DNA of 64,000 nucleotides from an uncultured Chloroflexia bacterium (GTDB taxonomy: Bacteria > Chloroflexota > Dehalococcoidia > GIF9 > UBA5629): contig CAVZKR010000002.1 in assembly GCA_963775935.1 (NCBI GenBank), positions 16,929-80,928 on the forward strand. The letters are read 5' to 3'. The position numbers and the translations under genes are program-made. This document shows positions 30,813-39,794 of this stretch, one piece after another. The stretch's first letter is position 1. Each line of letters begins with the position of its first letter. The notes under the pieces are model-generated. The model had not been told where the DNA came from. It worked only from the letters and a program-made list of their open reading frames with translations, and searched no databases.

Positions 30813-31445
30813 TAATTACCTCCCTTATTCATTTTACTTTAAAACCCTCTACCTAATTGTTTTGATTTGGCTATCATCTGCGGTGGAATATACTAACTGT
30901 CCAACCAGATACGATATCCAATTCATTATTTACTGTGCAATTCTCACCTCCCCTTTCCGCTTCGTAGTTTAACTTTCGATAGCCTCTCCTCAATCTGTTC
31001 GGAAAAACAAGTTATTCTAAGCCAATTAAAAAATCCCGACTGCCCTAGAAGCAAATTAAAGGCCGCCCGTTTCTCTCATCGTGACTATTGAAGATATTTC
31101 CAGCAAGTATAAATATTGATAGAAATTTACGCTATTTTATCTTCTTTGTCAATATAAAAGACTTTACCGAAAAATTGTATAGGTAGCTATCCCTTCGTTC
31201 TGAAAATCGCTATTATAATTCTCCCAGATTACCACGTTTCGCTCGCAATACAATTTTAGATACCCAGTAAGATACTCGCGTATCCACATAGGTCGCGAGA
31301 CTCACATGCCCCGCCGAGTCTAAAGCTAGAATAATCTTGTGGGACAACGATGTGTAAACCGTGATTGTTTACTTTCATATCTATCATAGTCTTCTCCTGT
31401 CAGCGGAGAGGGATAAAATTTCCCTGTTTATTTAATGGTCTTTCT

Positions 31446-32303
31446 TTACGGCTGCTGGTACTCGTAGAAGCCTTTGCCTGACTTGCGGCCGTACTGCCCT
31501 GCGGTGACCATTTTCTTCAATAAAATGGGTGGAGCGAAGCGGGAGTCCTTGAGTTCGTCGTAGATAGCGTTACAGATTGAGTAGGCAGTATCAAGTCCCA
31601 CCAGGTCAGCCAGCCTGAATGGCCCCATGGGATGATTCAGTCCAATTCTGATGGCTTTATCGATATCTTCTCTGGTAGCCATGCCCGATTCCAGCATTTT
31701 CACGGCTTCGAGCAGAAACAGCAGCAGCAGTCGGTTGACAATAAAGCCCGGTGCGTCAGGTGCCGTAACCACCTCTTTGCCAATCGACTCGCCAAATGCC
31801 CTGGCTGTTTTCAGCGTCTCTTCGCTGGTGGTGATGGTTTTCACCAATTCTAAGAGCTTCATCATGGGCACAGGATTGAAAAAGTGCATGCCCAGTACCT
31901 TGTCCTGTCGCCTGGTTACCGCCGCGATATCCATGACGGAGAGGCAGGAAGTATTCGTAGCCAGTATAGTCTGCGGCGGGCAGATGGTATCTAAATCGGC
32001 AAAAATCTTTCTCTTGAGCTCCAGGTTCTCGTTGGCGGCTTCGATGACCAGGTCACAGACCTTTAAATCTTCCATGTTGTTTGTTTCCCTGATGCGCTTC
32101 ATAATGGTGCCCTTTTCCTCTTCTGTTATCTTATTACCTTTCACTTCTCTTGAGAGGGTCGCATCGATTGCCGCCATACCTTTGTCCAGCATTTCCTGCT
32201 TTACCTCGGAGGCAATAACATCATAGCCGCCTCTCGCACATACCTCAACAATACCCCGACCCATCATGCCAAAACCGACAACACCCACCTTCTTTATGTC
32301 CAT
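31446..32303 (-). CDS. hbd: 3-hydroxybutyryl-CoA dehydrogenase (3-hydroxyacyl-CoA dehydrogenase family)
   Basis: MDIKKVGVVGFGMMGRGI… is an NAD-binding Rossmann start, and the rest is collinear with Hbd. Confidence 0.85.
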   Translation of the reverse strand: MDIKKVGVVGFGMMGRGIVEVCARGGYDVIASEVKQEMLDKGMAAIDATLSREVKGNKITEEEKGTIMKRIRETNNMEDLKVCDLVIEAANENLELKRKIFADLDTICPPQTILATNTSCLSVMDIAAVTRRQDKVLGMHFFNPVPMMKLLELVKTITTSEETLKTARAFGESIGKEVVTAPDAPGFIVNRLLLLFLLEAVKMLESGMATREDIDKAIRIGLNHPMGPFRLADLVGLDTAYSICNAIYDELKDSRFAPPILLKKMVTAGQYGRKSGKGFYEYQQP

Positions 32304-32493
32304 GATGAACCTCCGTTCTGTTTGCTCATAAATCCCGCTCTATTTTGCTTTAAAAGCAAGCTTTCCCCTTGAATTACTGGTGATTGTGACGATTGATGCA
32401 TTGTAACAGGCGAAATCGGTTTGTTCAACAGGAGGACGGTTCTTCGCTAAAGCGAACGGACAGACTTAAAAGGTCGCCCCTGCACTCCTTTCC

Positions 32494-32575
32494 GTCATTG
32501 CGAGCGAAGCGAAGCAATCGCCATGTCTTGCTGACAGCGATGAGATTGCTTCGTCACTTCGTTCCTCGCAATGAC
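32494..32575. repeat. Palindromic intergenic repeat element, copy 1 (arms GTCATTGCGAG…GAAGCAATC / GATTGCTTC…CTCGCAATGAC)
   Basis: A 26-nt left arm and a 32-nt right arm form an imperfect inverted repeat around a 24-nt spacer. It is near-identical, in reverse orientation, to the arms of the element at 35317-35397. Confidence 0.6.
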
Positions 32576-32660
32576 ATGGTCGGCGTTCCTTTTTGACTAC
32601 GACGATAGCCGATGCTATTATGAGTCGCATGTTTCAACCGAACAGCTTGTGGGGTAGGAT

Positions 32661-33938
32661 ATGCATAGTATGACTGGTATATATCTCATTCTCTTTATTG
32701 TCTGCCTGTTGATTTCAGCGTTCTTCTGCAGCGCTGAAACGGCGTTTATCGGCATGCAGAAGCTCCGCCTCCAGCATCTGGTACAGATTAACCATAGCAA
32801 GGCTAAGATAGTCGCCAGAATTCTGGAGCAGCCCGAGAAATTCCTGGCTACCGTGCTCCTGGGCATCAATTTTTTCGAGACGGCAGTAGCCACAGTGGGC
32901 ACATTGATGGCAGTGTCTTTGTGGGGGGAGAACCTGGGAGCCGCTATCGCTGCTATCGTGGTCACCATACTTACCCTGATCTTCGCTGAATTTATTCCCA
33001 AGACTCTGGCGGCACGCTATGGCGAAAAGCTAGCCCTTGCCTTTGCCGTTCCCATACAGTTCATATCCCTGGTGTTCTACCCCTTTGTCTATGTGCTGAA
33101 TCATATCGGTGTCAGGTTTTCCAGACTGGCCAATGATGACACAGAGTTGAAGCCGACCATTAGCCAGGATGAAATCCGCACCGCTATTACCGTCGGTGAG
33201 GCTGAGGGGGTCTGGGGGGAGCATGAGGCAGAGATGCTCCACAAATGCTTTGAATTCACCGACCGTCCGGTGTATGAGACCATGAAACCACGCACCGAGA
33301 TCACCTGGGTGGAGAAGGGAACTACGCTGGCTGACTTTCTGGCTATTTACCGGGAGCACCCTTATTCCCGTTTCCCGGTATACCAGGAAAACACTGATCA
33401 TGTGGTCGGAGCTCTATTCATAAAAGATGTGCTCATGGCTCAGGCGAATAGTACGCTGAAAAGTAGCGACCTTATCGACGAGCTGATTCGACCGGTCTAT
33501 TTTGTACCTGAGAGCAAGCCCATGGGGACATTGCTGCTGGAATTAAGGGAGAAGAATTACAGTATTGCCATAATTGTCGATGAGTTCGGCGGTGTCGCTG
33601 GCATCGTCACCGTCGACCAGTTGCTCCAGGAGATCGTGGGCAGGCTTGGCGATGAACTGACCTCACAGGATAAAGATATCGTCACCATTGACGCTAATAC
33701 CTTCGAACTCGATGGCGGGCTCAGGATAGACGAGGCGAATGATGAGCTGGGATTGGATTTACCCGCTGGCGAATATGAAACGATAGCCGGCTTTGTGCTT
33801 CATCACCTTGGTCGTATTCCTAAACAGGGCGAGCATTTGAAGTACCGCAATTTGAAGCTGGCTATCATCGAAATGCGAGGAGTCAAAATAGAGAAGATCC
33901 TGGCGACCAGGGAGGTGGATGCAGCGCCTAAGGGTTAG
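32661..33938 (+). CDS. CNNM/CorC/HlyC-family transporter (DUF21 transmembrane domain, CBS pair, CorC_HlyC domain)
   Basis: 425 aa. N-terminal DUF21 transmembrane helices, CBS-domain region and a C-terminal transporter-associated domain. Confidence 0.8.
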   Translation: MHSMTGIYLILFIVCLLISAFFCSAETAFIGMQKLRLQHLVQINHSKAKIVARILEQPEKFLATVLLGINFFETAVATVGTLMAVSLWGENLGAAIAAIVVTILTLIFAEFIPKTLAARYGEKLALAFAVPIQFISLVFYPFVYVLNHIGVRFSRLANDDTELKPTISQDEIRTAITVGEAEGVWGEHEAEMLHKCFEFTDRPVYETMKPRTEITWVEKGTTLADFLAIYREHPYSRFPVYQENTDHVVGALFIKDVLMAQANSTLKSSDLIDELIRPVYFVPESKPMGTLLLELREKNYSIAIIVDEFGGVAGIVTVDQLLQEIVGRLGDELTSQDKDIVTIDANTFELDGGLRIDEANDELGLDLPAGEYETIAGFVLHHLGRIPKQGEHLKYRNLKLAIIEMRGVKIEKILATREVDAAPKG

Positions 33939-34560
33939 CTTCAGTCGTGGTGAAGAGCTGAAGTTCCTGTCACATCTGGATTTGATGAGGTTCTGGGAGC
34001 GAGCTTTTCGCCGTGCCGGGCTTGACCTGGCGTATAGCGAAGGCTTCACCCCGCATCCAAGGATTTCACTGGCGGCTCCCCTCTCGGTGGGTATGACCAG
34101 CCAAGCTGAACTCATGGATGTCGTTCTGTCCCGCTGGATGTCACCCCAGTCTTTTTTCGGTCAGGTCAGGGGACAATTACCTGAAGGGTTGACAATAGCG
34201 AATACGATGTCTGTTGGTCTCACCGAGCCTTCATTACAAGCACTGGTCCGTTTTGCTGAATACAGGGTGGAGACAGAGACCACCATGACAGCAGTAGAGT
34301 TGGAGGCTGCCATACAATCTCTGCTTTCAGCCGCAGAACTACCCTGGGAGCATAAGCGAGATACGGGCATGCACCACTACGACCTGCGTCCCCTCATTGA
34401 CGACGTATGGTTTATTGACTTGAAAGAATCCTTCTGCACTCTCGATATGCGGTTGCGTTGCAGCTCCAGTGGCGCCGGCAGGCCGGAACAGGTGACCAGA
34501 GCGCTGGGGTTGGCACAGCGCCCTCGCACTATTCATCGCACCCAACTTATTCTCAATTAG
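33919..34560 (+). CDS. DUF2344 / TIGR03936-family protein (radical-SAM-associated)
   Basis: MQRLRVSFSRGEELKFLSHLDLMRFWERAFRRAGLDLAYSEGFTPHPRISLAAPLSVGMTSQAE matches the conserved N-terminus of this family. Confidence 0.6.
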   Translation: MQRLRVSFSRGEELKFLSHLDLMRFWERAFRRAGLDLAYSEGFTPHPRISLAAPLSVGMTSQAELMDVVLSRWMSPQSFFGQVRGQLPEGLTIANTMSVGLTEPSLQALVRFAEYRVETETTMTAVELEAAIQSLLSAAELPWEHKRDTGMHHYDLRPLIDDVWFIDLKESFCTLDMRLRCSSSGAGRPEQVTRALGLAQRPRTIHRTQLILN

Positions 34561-34673
34561 TCTGCCTTGTTACTTCATCATACTGCACTACTATTCTGCG
34601 ACTATTCCCCTTATAATATACGGGTATATGCAGCTTAGCGCCCAAAAATGAACATTATCTGAGGAGGCCGACG

Positions 34674-35276
34674 ATAAAACTTATTCTAATCAGGCATGGT
34701 GAAACGCCGTGGAACAGTGAACGTCGAATTCAGGGTGGCAGCAGTGACACTGCTATGAGCCAGCTTGGTAAAGAACAGGCGGAAAGCCTGGCGCTGACAT
34801 TGAAACAGGAAAAGCTCAGTGCTATTTACTCAAGCCCTCTGCAGCGGGCGCTGGAGACAGCCAGGACAATTGCCCGGTACCATGACCTGGAGGTACAGGT
34901 GGAACCGGAGCTGCGAGAGTTTGAGGTCGGAGAACTGGAAGGTGTGCTTGCCTCAACGTTCAACAGCGATTTCGGCCAGTTTTTAGTCCAGTGTAATAAT
35001 GGCGATTGTACCAAAAAGATGCCCGGCGGCGAAAGCCTTGTAGACCTGCAGCAGAGAAGTTGGACGACTGTGCAGCGTATAGCGGCACAGCAAGAGGGCA
35101 CAGTAGCGCTGGTCAGCCATTATTTTGTTACTCTCACCATTATCTGCGCCGCTCTGGGCTTGCCGCCAGGTGGTATCACCCGGTTCAGAATAAGCGTGGG
35201 CAGTATGAGCATACTCGACTTTCGTTACGGTTATCCCTGCCTGACGTCGCTGGGCGATACCTGCCATTTGGTATAA
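34674..35276 (+). CDS. Histidine phosphatase family protein (phosphoglycerate-mutase-like), apparently starting at ATA
   Basis: A GAGGAGG ribosome-binding site at 34661-34667 is followed after 6 nt by ATA AAA CTT ATT CTA ATC AGG CAT GGT GAA, which encodes (M/I)KLILIRHGETPWN, the canonical RHG catalytic start. There is no in-frame ATG, GTG or TTG between the upstream stop and the first ATG at 34755. Confidence 0.65.
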   Translation: MKLILIRHGETPWNSERRIQGGSSDTAMSQLGKEQAESLALTLKQEKLSAIYSSPLQRALETARTIARYHDLEVQVEPELREFEVGELEGVLASTFNSDFGQFLVQCNNGDCTKKMPGGESLVDLQQRSWTTVQRIAAQQEGTVALVSHYFVTLTIICAALGLPPGGITRFRISVGSMSILDFRYGYPCLTSLGDTCHLV

Positions 35277-35316
35277 GGGAAGATGTTGAGATCGCCTCGG
35301 GGAGGTGATACATCCT

Positions 35317-35397
35317 GTCATTGCGAGGAACGAAGTGACGAAGCAATCTCTATGTTTGATTATGACCAGAAGATTGCTTCGCTGCGCTCGCAATGAC
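35317..35397. repeat. Palindromic intergenic repeat element, copy 2 (reverse orientation relative to copy 1)
   Basis: A 32-nt left arm GTCATTGCGAGGAACGAAGTGACGAAGCAATC, an unrelated 23-nt spacer, and a 26-nt right arm GATTGCTTCGCTGCGCTCGCAATGAC. This is the reverse complement of the arms of the 32494-32575 element with one mismatch. Confidence 0.6.
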
Positions 35398-35447
35398 AGC
35401 GAATATAAGCTCTGCATTTATGATGACTGAAAAAGGATGTTCTCAAT

Positions 35448-36899
35448 ATGGTGGATAGACAAAAGATTTCTCTGGAGCAGCGTGTAATCCAGTTCATCAA
35501 GCAGCATAACCTGGTTTCGCCAGGCGATACTCTGCTGGTGGCGGTATCGGGTGGCACTGATTCGGTCTGCTTGTTGCATCTGCTGATGAAGCAGCAGGCA
35601 ACGCTCGGTGTGAAGCTCCATGTCGCCCATCTCAACCATAAGCTGCGCGGCGATGAATCTGACGAGGATGCCTGGTATGTCGTTGACCTGGCGAACAGCC
35701 TGGACATTCCGGTGACGATTGACGCTCGTGATGTCGCCGCTTACCGCGACCGGAAGCATTGTTCTCTGGAAGAAGCTGCACGGGAAGTAAGGTATAGCTT
35801 CCTGGCTGAGGCAGCTGCCATGGTAGATGCCAGTTGCGTGGTGGTAGGGCATACCCGTAATGACCAGGTAGAGACTATATTGCTGCACCTGTTGCGGGGT
35901 ACCGGCATTGCCGGGTTGCGCGGTTTGCAACCGCAGTCACGATTGCTGGTGGGTGACAGGAGAACGCCGTTAACAGTGATAAGGCCATTGCTCGAAGTGT
36001 CACGGCAGGAGACAGAGGACTATTGTCAGCGGTTTTCACTCGCGCCACGGGGCGATTCCTCTAACGAATCCACTGCTTTTCTCAGAAATCGCATTCGGCT
36101 TGAGCTATTGCCGATACTGAAAGAGTATAATCCCCGATTCGATGACGGTTTATTAAAGCTGGCGACGATTGCTGCTGATGACATTGCCTGTCTTGAGGAG
36201 CAAGCTTCACGCTTGTGGGATAAGGTGGCTGAGGTTGACACCAGCGCCGTGTATTTGGACAGGGACAAGATGTACCGTCTTTCGTCGGCGATGCAGCGAT
36301 ACCTGTTCCGTAAGGCGGCGGAGCAGCTACTGGGCAATCTCAGAGATATCGAAGCTGACCACGTTGAGGCGATGGTTCATTTCCTATCCAAGCCGGCCGG
36401 CAAGAGCCTGTGTCTGCCCCATGAATTGAGATTATCGGTGGAGTACGGTCGCCTGGTATTGTCCCTGGCGGGAACATCCGCTTGCCCCTTCCTCCCACTA
36501 GAAAAAGAGGTTAAACTCAATGTCCCCGGAGACACAGTTCTCTCCGGTTGGATAGTGAAAACGGAAGTAGTTCGAGGTAAAGCTGAGATTAGCCGTTGTG
36601 ACGTTGATAATTTTACAGCCTGTTTCGACCTTGAGAAGACTGGCAGTGAATTAATAGTGCGGCAGCGTCGGCGTGGCGACCGTTTTCAACCGCTGGGCAT
36701 GCGACAGCTCAAGAGTCTTCAGGATTTCATGGTTGATGCTCATATTCCGCGCTCCTGGCGAAATATGGTGCCTCTGCTCTGCTCACCAGTGCAAATCCTC
36801 TGGGTAACGGGCTGGAGAATCGATGACAGGGCTAAAATCACCAGAACGACACGGAAAACGTTGAAAGTGCAGTTTATGAGGTCATCATGCGGTTTGTAG
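35448..36899 (+). CDS. tilS: tRNA(Ile)-lysidine synthetase
   Basis: PP-loop motif LVAVSGGTDS, followed by the TilS substrate-binding and C-terminal domains. 483 aa. Confidence 0.85.
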   Translation: MVDRQKISLEQRVIQFIKQHNLVSPGDTLLVAVSGGTDSVCLLHLLMKQQATLGVKLHVAHLNHKLRGDESDEDAWYVVDLANSLDIPVTIDARDVAAYRDRKHCSLEEAAREVRYSFLAEAAAMVDASCVVVGHTRNDQVETILLHLLRGTGIAGLRGLQPQSRLLVGDRRTPLTVIRPLLEVSRQETEDYCQRFSLAPRGDSSNESTAFLRNRIRLELLPILKEYNPRFDDGLLKLATIAADDIACLEEQASRLWDKVAEVDTSAVYLDRDKMYRLSSAMQRYLFRKAAEQLLGNLRDIEADHVEAMVHFLSKPAGKSLCLPHELRLSVEYGRLVLSLAGTSACPFLPLEKEVKLNVPGDTVLSGWIVKTEVVRGKAEISRCDVDNFTACFDLEKTGSELIVRQRRRGDRFQPLGMRQLKSLQDFMVDAHIPRSWRNMVPLLCSPVQILWVTGWRIDDRAKITRTTRKTLKVQFMRSSCGL

Positions 36900-37144
36900 A
36901 TTCAGAGTTAGATTTACATCGTCTCACCATCGATGAAGCATTGCCAAAGCTGAACGACTACCTTTACCGGGGATTCATGTCAGGCATGACCAAGGTTTGT
37001 ATTAACCATGGCAGAGGCTCGGGAGCGCTGAAACAGGCAGTGCACCGGGAGCTGAAACATCATTCTCTGGTTAAGTCTTTCCGCGCCGGCGGTTACGGTG
37101 AGGGTGGTGATGGCGTTACCATCGTGGAACTGGCGGAGCACTGA
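36887..37144 (+). CDS. Smr-domain protein (small MutS-related)
   Basis: …DLHRLTIDEALPKLNDYL…CINHGRGSGALKQAVHRELKHHSLVKSFRAG… is the Smr consensus. It overlaps the tilS stop by 13 nt. Confidence 0.7.
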   Translation: MRFVDSELDLHRLTIDEALPKLNDYLYRGFMSGMTKVCINHGRGSGALKQAVHRELKHHSLVKSFRAGGYGEGGDGVTIVELAEH

Positions 37145-37229
37145 GATATGGTTGGGTGTGAGGTTGTAGTGATTAGCCTGTCATGATAGGATTGAGTATT
37201 CAAAAGAGGAGAAAAAACGTAAGGCTGTT

Positions 37230-38336
37230 ATGCCTATTGGAATCCTTTATCGAGACGAGCTGAAAGAATATGATTTTGGCGAAGGTCATCCCTTCAGGGG
37301 CAGTCGCTACGACCTGTTCTATCAGTTTCTGCGACAAAATCTGCCTGAGGATGATAACTACCGCATTGTTAAGGCAGAGCCGGCGAGCAATGATGATTTG
37401 CTGCTCATCCACCATAAGAACTATATAGAATTTACCAGAGGCTACTATGAAGCTGCCTATTATGGTATAAGTTATCCGGGAAAGTTCACCGACTTTCACA
37501 GCATAGACAATATGCCGACAGGTAAGCCTGGCAAGGTGGAGGAGGCGGCGAGATTGGTGGTGGGGCAGGCGAAGTTAGCCTGTCAGATGGTGCAGGCGGG
37601 CAAGTTCCAGAAGATGGTGTCCATCGGTGGGGGATTGCATCATGCCAGGTCAAGCTACGGCGAAGGGTTCTGCCTCTATAACGATGTTGCTTTCTGCGGC
37701 AAATATCTGCTGAAAGAGTATAACCTGGAGCGGATTCTGATACTGGACACTGACGCTCATACCGGCAATGGCACGAGCCATTATTTTGAGGAGGAGCCAC
37801 GGGTACTGTTTATTGACGTTCACCAGGACCCTAGAGGCCTTTACCCTTTTACTGGATTTGCTGATGAGATAGGCTCCGGCAAGGGAACCGGTTTCACTAT
37901 CAATGTTCCGCTGCCGCTCTATGCAGGTGGTGATGCCTATAAGCTGGTATTCGAGTCCATTATTGAGCCGGTCACTCGAGAGTTTAAACCGCAGATTATT
38001 ATCCACAATGGCGGCTCTGACCCTCATTACATAGATAGCCTTACTAACCTCGGTTTGACTATAGATGATTTCAGGATGATCGGTGACAAGGTCAGAAGCA
38101 TGGCTGAGATTTGCGGCGGCAAGGAAATCGATATGATTGCATCGGGATATACCAGGGCGGTGTTGCCGTATTGCTGGATGGCACTGATTGCCGGTCTGGC
38201 AGGTTTCAATATCAAGATAGAAAAACAGGTTCAGCTTCCCGAGGGAATGCGGCGAATACAGTCCATCGATAAGACGGAAAAGGTTATCGCTGAAGTGAAA
38301 ACCAACCTCAAGAATTACTGGAGTTGCTTGAGGTAG
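37230..38336 (+). CDS. Histone deacetylase-family protein (acetoin utilisation AcuC / acetylpolyamine amidohydrolase-like)
   Basis: MPIGILYRDELKEYDFGEGHPFRGSRYDLF… plus the …ILDTDAHTGNGT… block that binds the zinc ligands. Confidence 0.8.
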   Translation: MPIGILYRDELKEYDFGEGHPFRGSRYDLFYQFLRQNLPEDDNYRIVKAEPASNDDLLLIHHKNYIEFTRGYYEAAYYGISYPGKFTDFHSIDNMPTGKPGKVEEAARLVVGQAKLACQMVQAGKFQKMVSIGGGLHHARSSYGEGFCLYNDVAFCGKYLLKEYNLERILILDTDAHTGNGTSHYFEEEPRVLFIDVHQDPRGLYPFTGFADEIGSGKGTGFTINVPLPLYAGGDAYKLVFESIIEPVTREFKPQIIIHNGGSDPHYIDSLTNLGLTIDDFRMIGDKVRSMAEICGGKEIDMIASGYTRAVLPYCWMALIAGLAGFNIKIEKQVQLPEGMRRIQSIDKTEKVIAEVKTNLKNYWSCLR

Positions 38337-38342
38337 AAATTT

Positions 38343-39188
38343 CTAGTTGAAGTTTTCGGTCACGTAGACATCACCGCTGGTAGAGATGGCAATGCCGATT
38401 CCCTCGGTGTGCCAGTACGGCTTCAGAATATTTTCACGGTGACCCTGGCTCTTCATCCATCCCTGCACGGCAAGCTCAGCAATCTCGGATAAGGTATAGT
38501 ATTCAGTGCTGACCAGCGCTCCAGTCCTATCATACCAGTACACTTTTGCCAGGGTGCAGTAGAAAATATTTTCGGAGCAGCCGAGATAATACACCCCGCC
38601 TACGGGATTTTTACTGATAGCGATGCCTGCCAGCTTGCAGCGGTCGACGGCGTTTTGCCCTTCGGGGCTACTATGGTTGAAGTAGTTTCGCTTTGCCATA
38701 TCCTCGCTGTGATTCCGGGCAACGGCGCTTACGGCATCATCCCATGCCACGGCTGCCAGACCGTTTTTGGTTCTTTCCATGTTTACCAGGTTGTGAATCT
38801 GTTTCTCCAGTTCAGGGAGGCTGATTGCGGGAGCCTTTTCTGAGATAGGAACGCTGGGACTGCTTTGCTTTGGTGGAGACTGAGGTACAACGTTTGGGGT
38901 AGGCGAAACCTGTGGTATATCAGCAACGCTGGGATTGCTCGGTGGGGGTTCAATAACAGGAGGTGCAGGCGTCCGTTTGATCTCTGCGGTAATGACTTTA
39001 TCAGGCGGTGACCCGTCAGGGGGTGCGGCTAATAAACCTGTGACCGTATTTTTAGCAGATGCCAGTGGTTCGACACCGAGAAAGGCAAGCCCGATTACCA
39101 CACCTACAATAAAGAGGACCACCAAAACGGATAGTATGGTATGGGATGTATTTCGTTCCTGGTAATAGTATCCCATGCTCTGTTTCAA
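38343..39188 (-). CDS. CAP/SCP-domain (PR-1-like) secreted protein with an N-terminal TM anchor and a Pro-rich linker
   Basis: An N-terminal transmembrane helix and a Pro/Ser-rich linker are followed by a CAP domain (…NMERTKNGLAAVAWDDAVSAVARNHSEDMAKRNYFNHSSPEGQ…GCSENI…). Confidence 0.7.
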   Translation of the reverse strand: MKQSMGYYYQERNTSHTILSVLVVLFIVGVVIGLAFLGVEPLASAKNTVTGLLAAPPDGSPPDKVITAEIKRTPAPPVIEPPPSNPSVADIPQVSPTPNVVPQSPPKQSSPSVPISEKAPAISLPELEKQIHNLVNMERTKNGLAAVAWDDAVSAVARNHSEDMAKRNYFNHSSPEGQNAVDRCKLAGIAISKNPVGGVYYLGCSENIFYCTLAKVYWYDRTGALVSTEYYTLSEIAELAVQGWMKSQGHRENILKPYWHTEGIGIAISTSGDVYVTENFN

Positions 39189-39397
39189 TTCATTTACATG
39201 AGAATAACATATATGCGTACGATGCCATAAATTGCTGGTGCATTTAGATTGCTGCTCCTCTTCGCCTTGTCAAAAAAGCGTGACCAGGTTGTGATATTAG
39301 AGTAAGCAATGTGTGACCTCGAGGACTAGCAAGGCAGGCTGACTAAAAAATCACAACGCTGCCTTTTTCGGGTGGGCTTGTACGTAAAAAATAGATC

Positions 39398-39530
39398 TGG
39401 AGCGGGAGACGGGACTCGAACCCGCGACAGCCTGCTTGGAAGGCAAGATTAGTATTTTCCCTGGTTCCAGATTCATTTCCTAGTTTAAGTCCGAAGCTGA
39501 TTGATAACTAGGCAGGAGGTCTATTAATTG
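39398..39530 (-). ncRNA. tRNA-Gly(UCC)-like partial element A: anticodon arm, variable loop, T-arm, 3' acceptor strand and CCA. A homologous ~85-nt 5' extension replaces the D-arm and 5' acceptor strand.
   Basis: The minus strand reads …CTTGC-CTTCCAA-GCAGG-CTGTC-GCGGG-TTCGAGT-CCCGT-CTCCCGC-T-CCA, which matches the 3' half of bacterial tRNA-Gly(UCC) through to the encoded CCA. No GCGGGAG 5' acceptor strand or D-arm lies upstream. A conserved ~28-nt trailer (GATC..TTTT.TACGT.CAAGCC) follows the CCA, and a related copy lies at 48908-49045. Confidence 0.5.
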
Positions 39531-39794
39531 CTCCTCTTCTTGTTATTATTGCACCACCCAGTAAAACATGCAAAATACGTGATGGACGTGTGATATGTGT
39601 GTTAGGTTAGTACGATTTTAATTACTTACTTATATTGTTTACCTGAACATTGATTGAAATCATATACTTTATGCCATTTACCGAATAAAACTTAACCATT
39701 GCTTCGGTTCATCGGAACAATTCAGGTAGAGATATGTGAGCAATGCAAACCAGTAAAAGTATAAAATTCGGCTGAATATTTAGTCATGGGCTGA

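Noticed and set aside
32494-35397. Considered whether the palindromic elements are integron attC sites flanking gene cassettes.
   Set aside because: The arms do not match the attC core and inverse-core (GTTRRRY / RYYYAAC). No integron integrase is present. The flanked genes are housekeeping genes on mixed strands, not promoterless cassettes.
39398-39530. Considered whether the tRNA-like elements are tmRNA (ssrA) genes, since they have a tRNA-like 3' end with an extended 5' region.
   Set aside because: tmRNA has no anticodon arm, whereas these have a clear tRNA-Gly-type anticodon stem-loop. No 5' acceptor strand or tag-peptide reading frame (…ALAA*) is evident, and 135 nt is too short.
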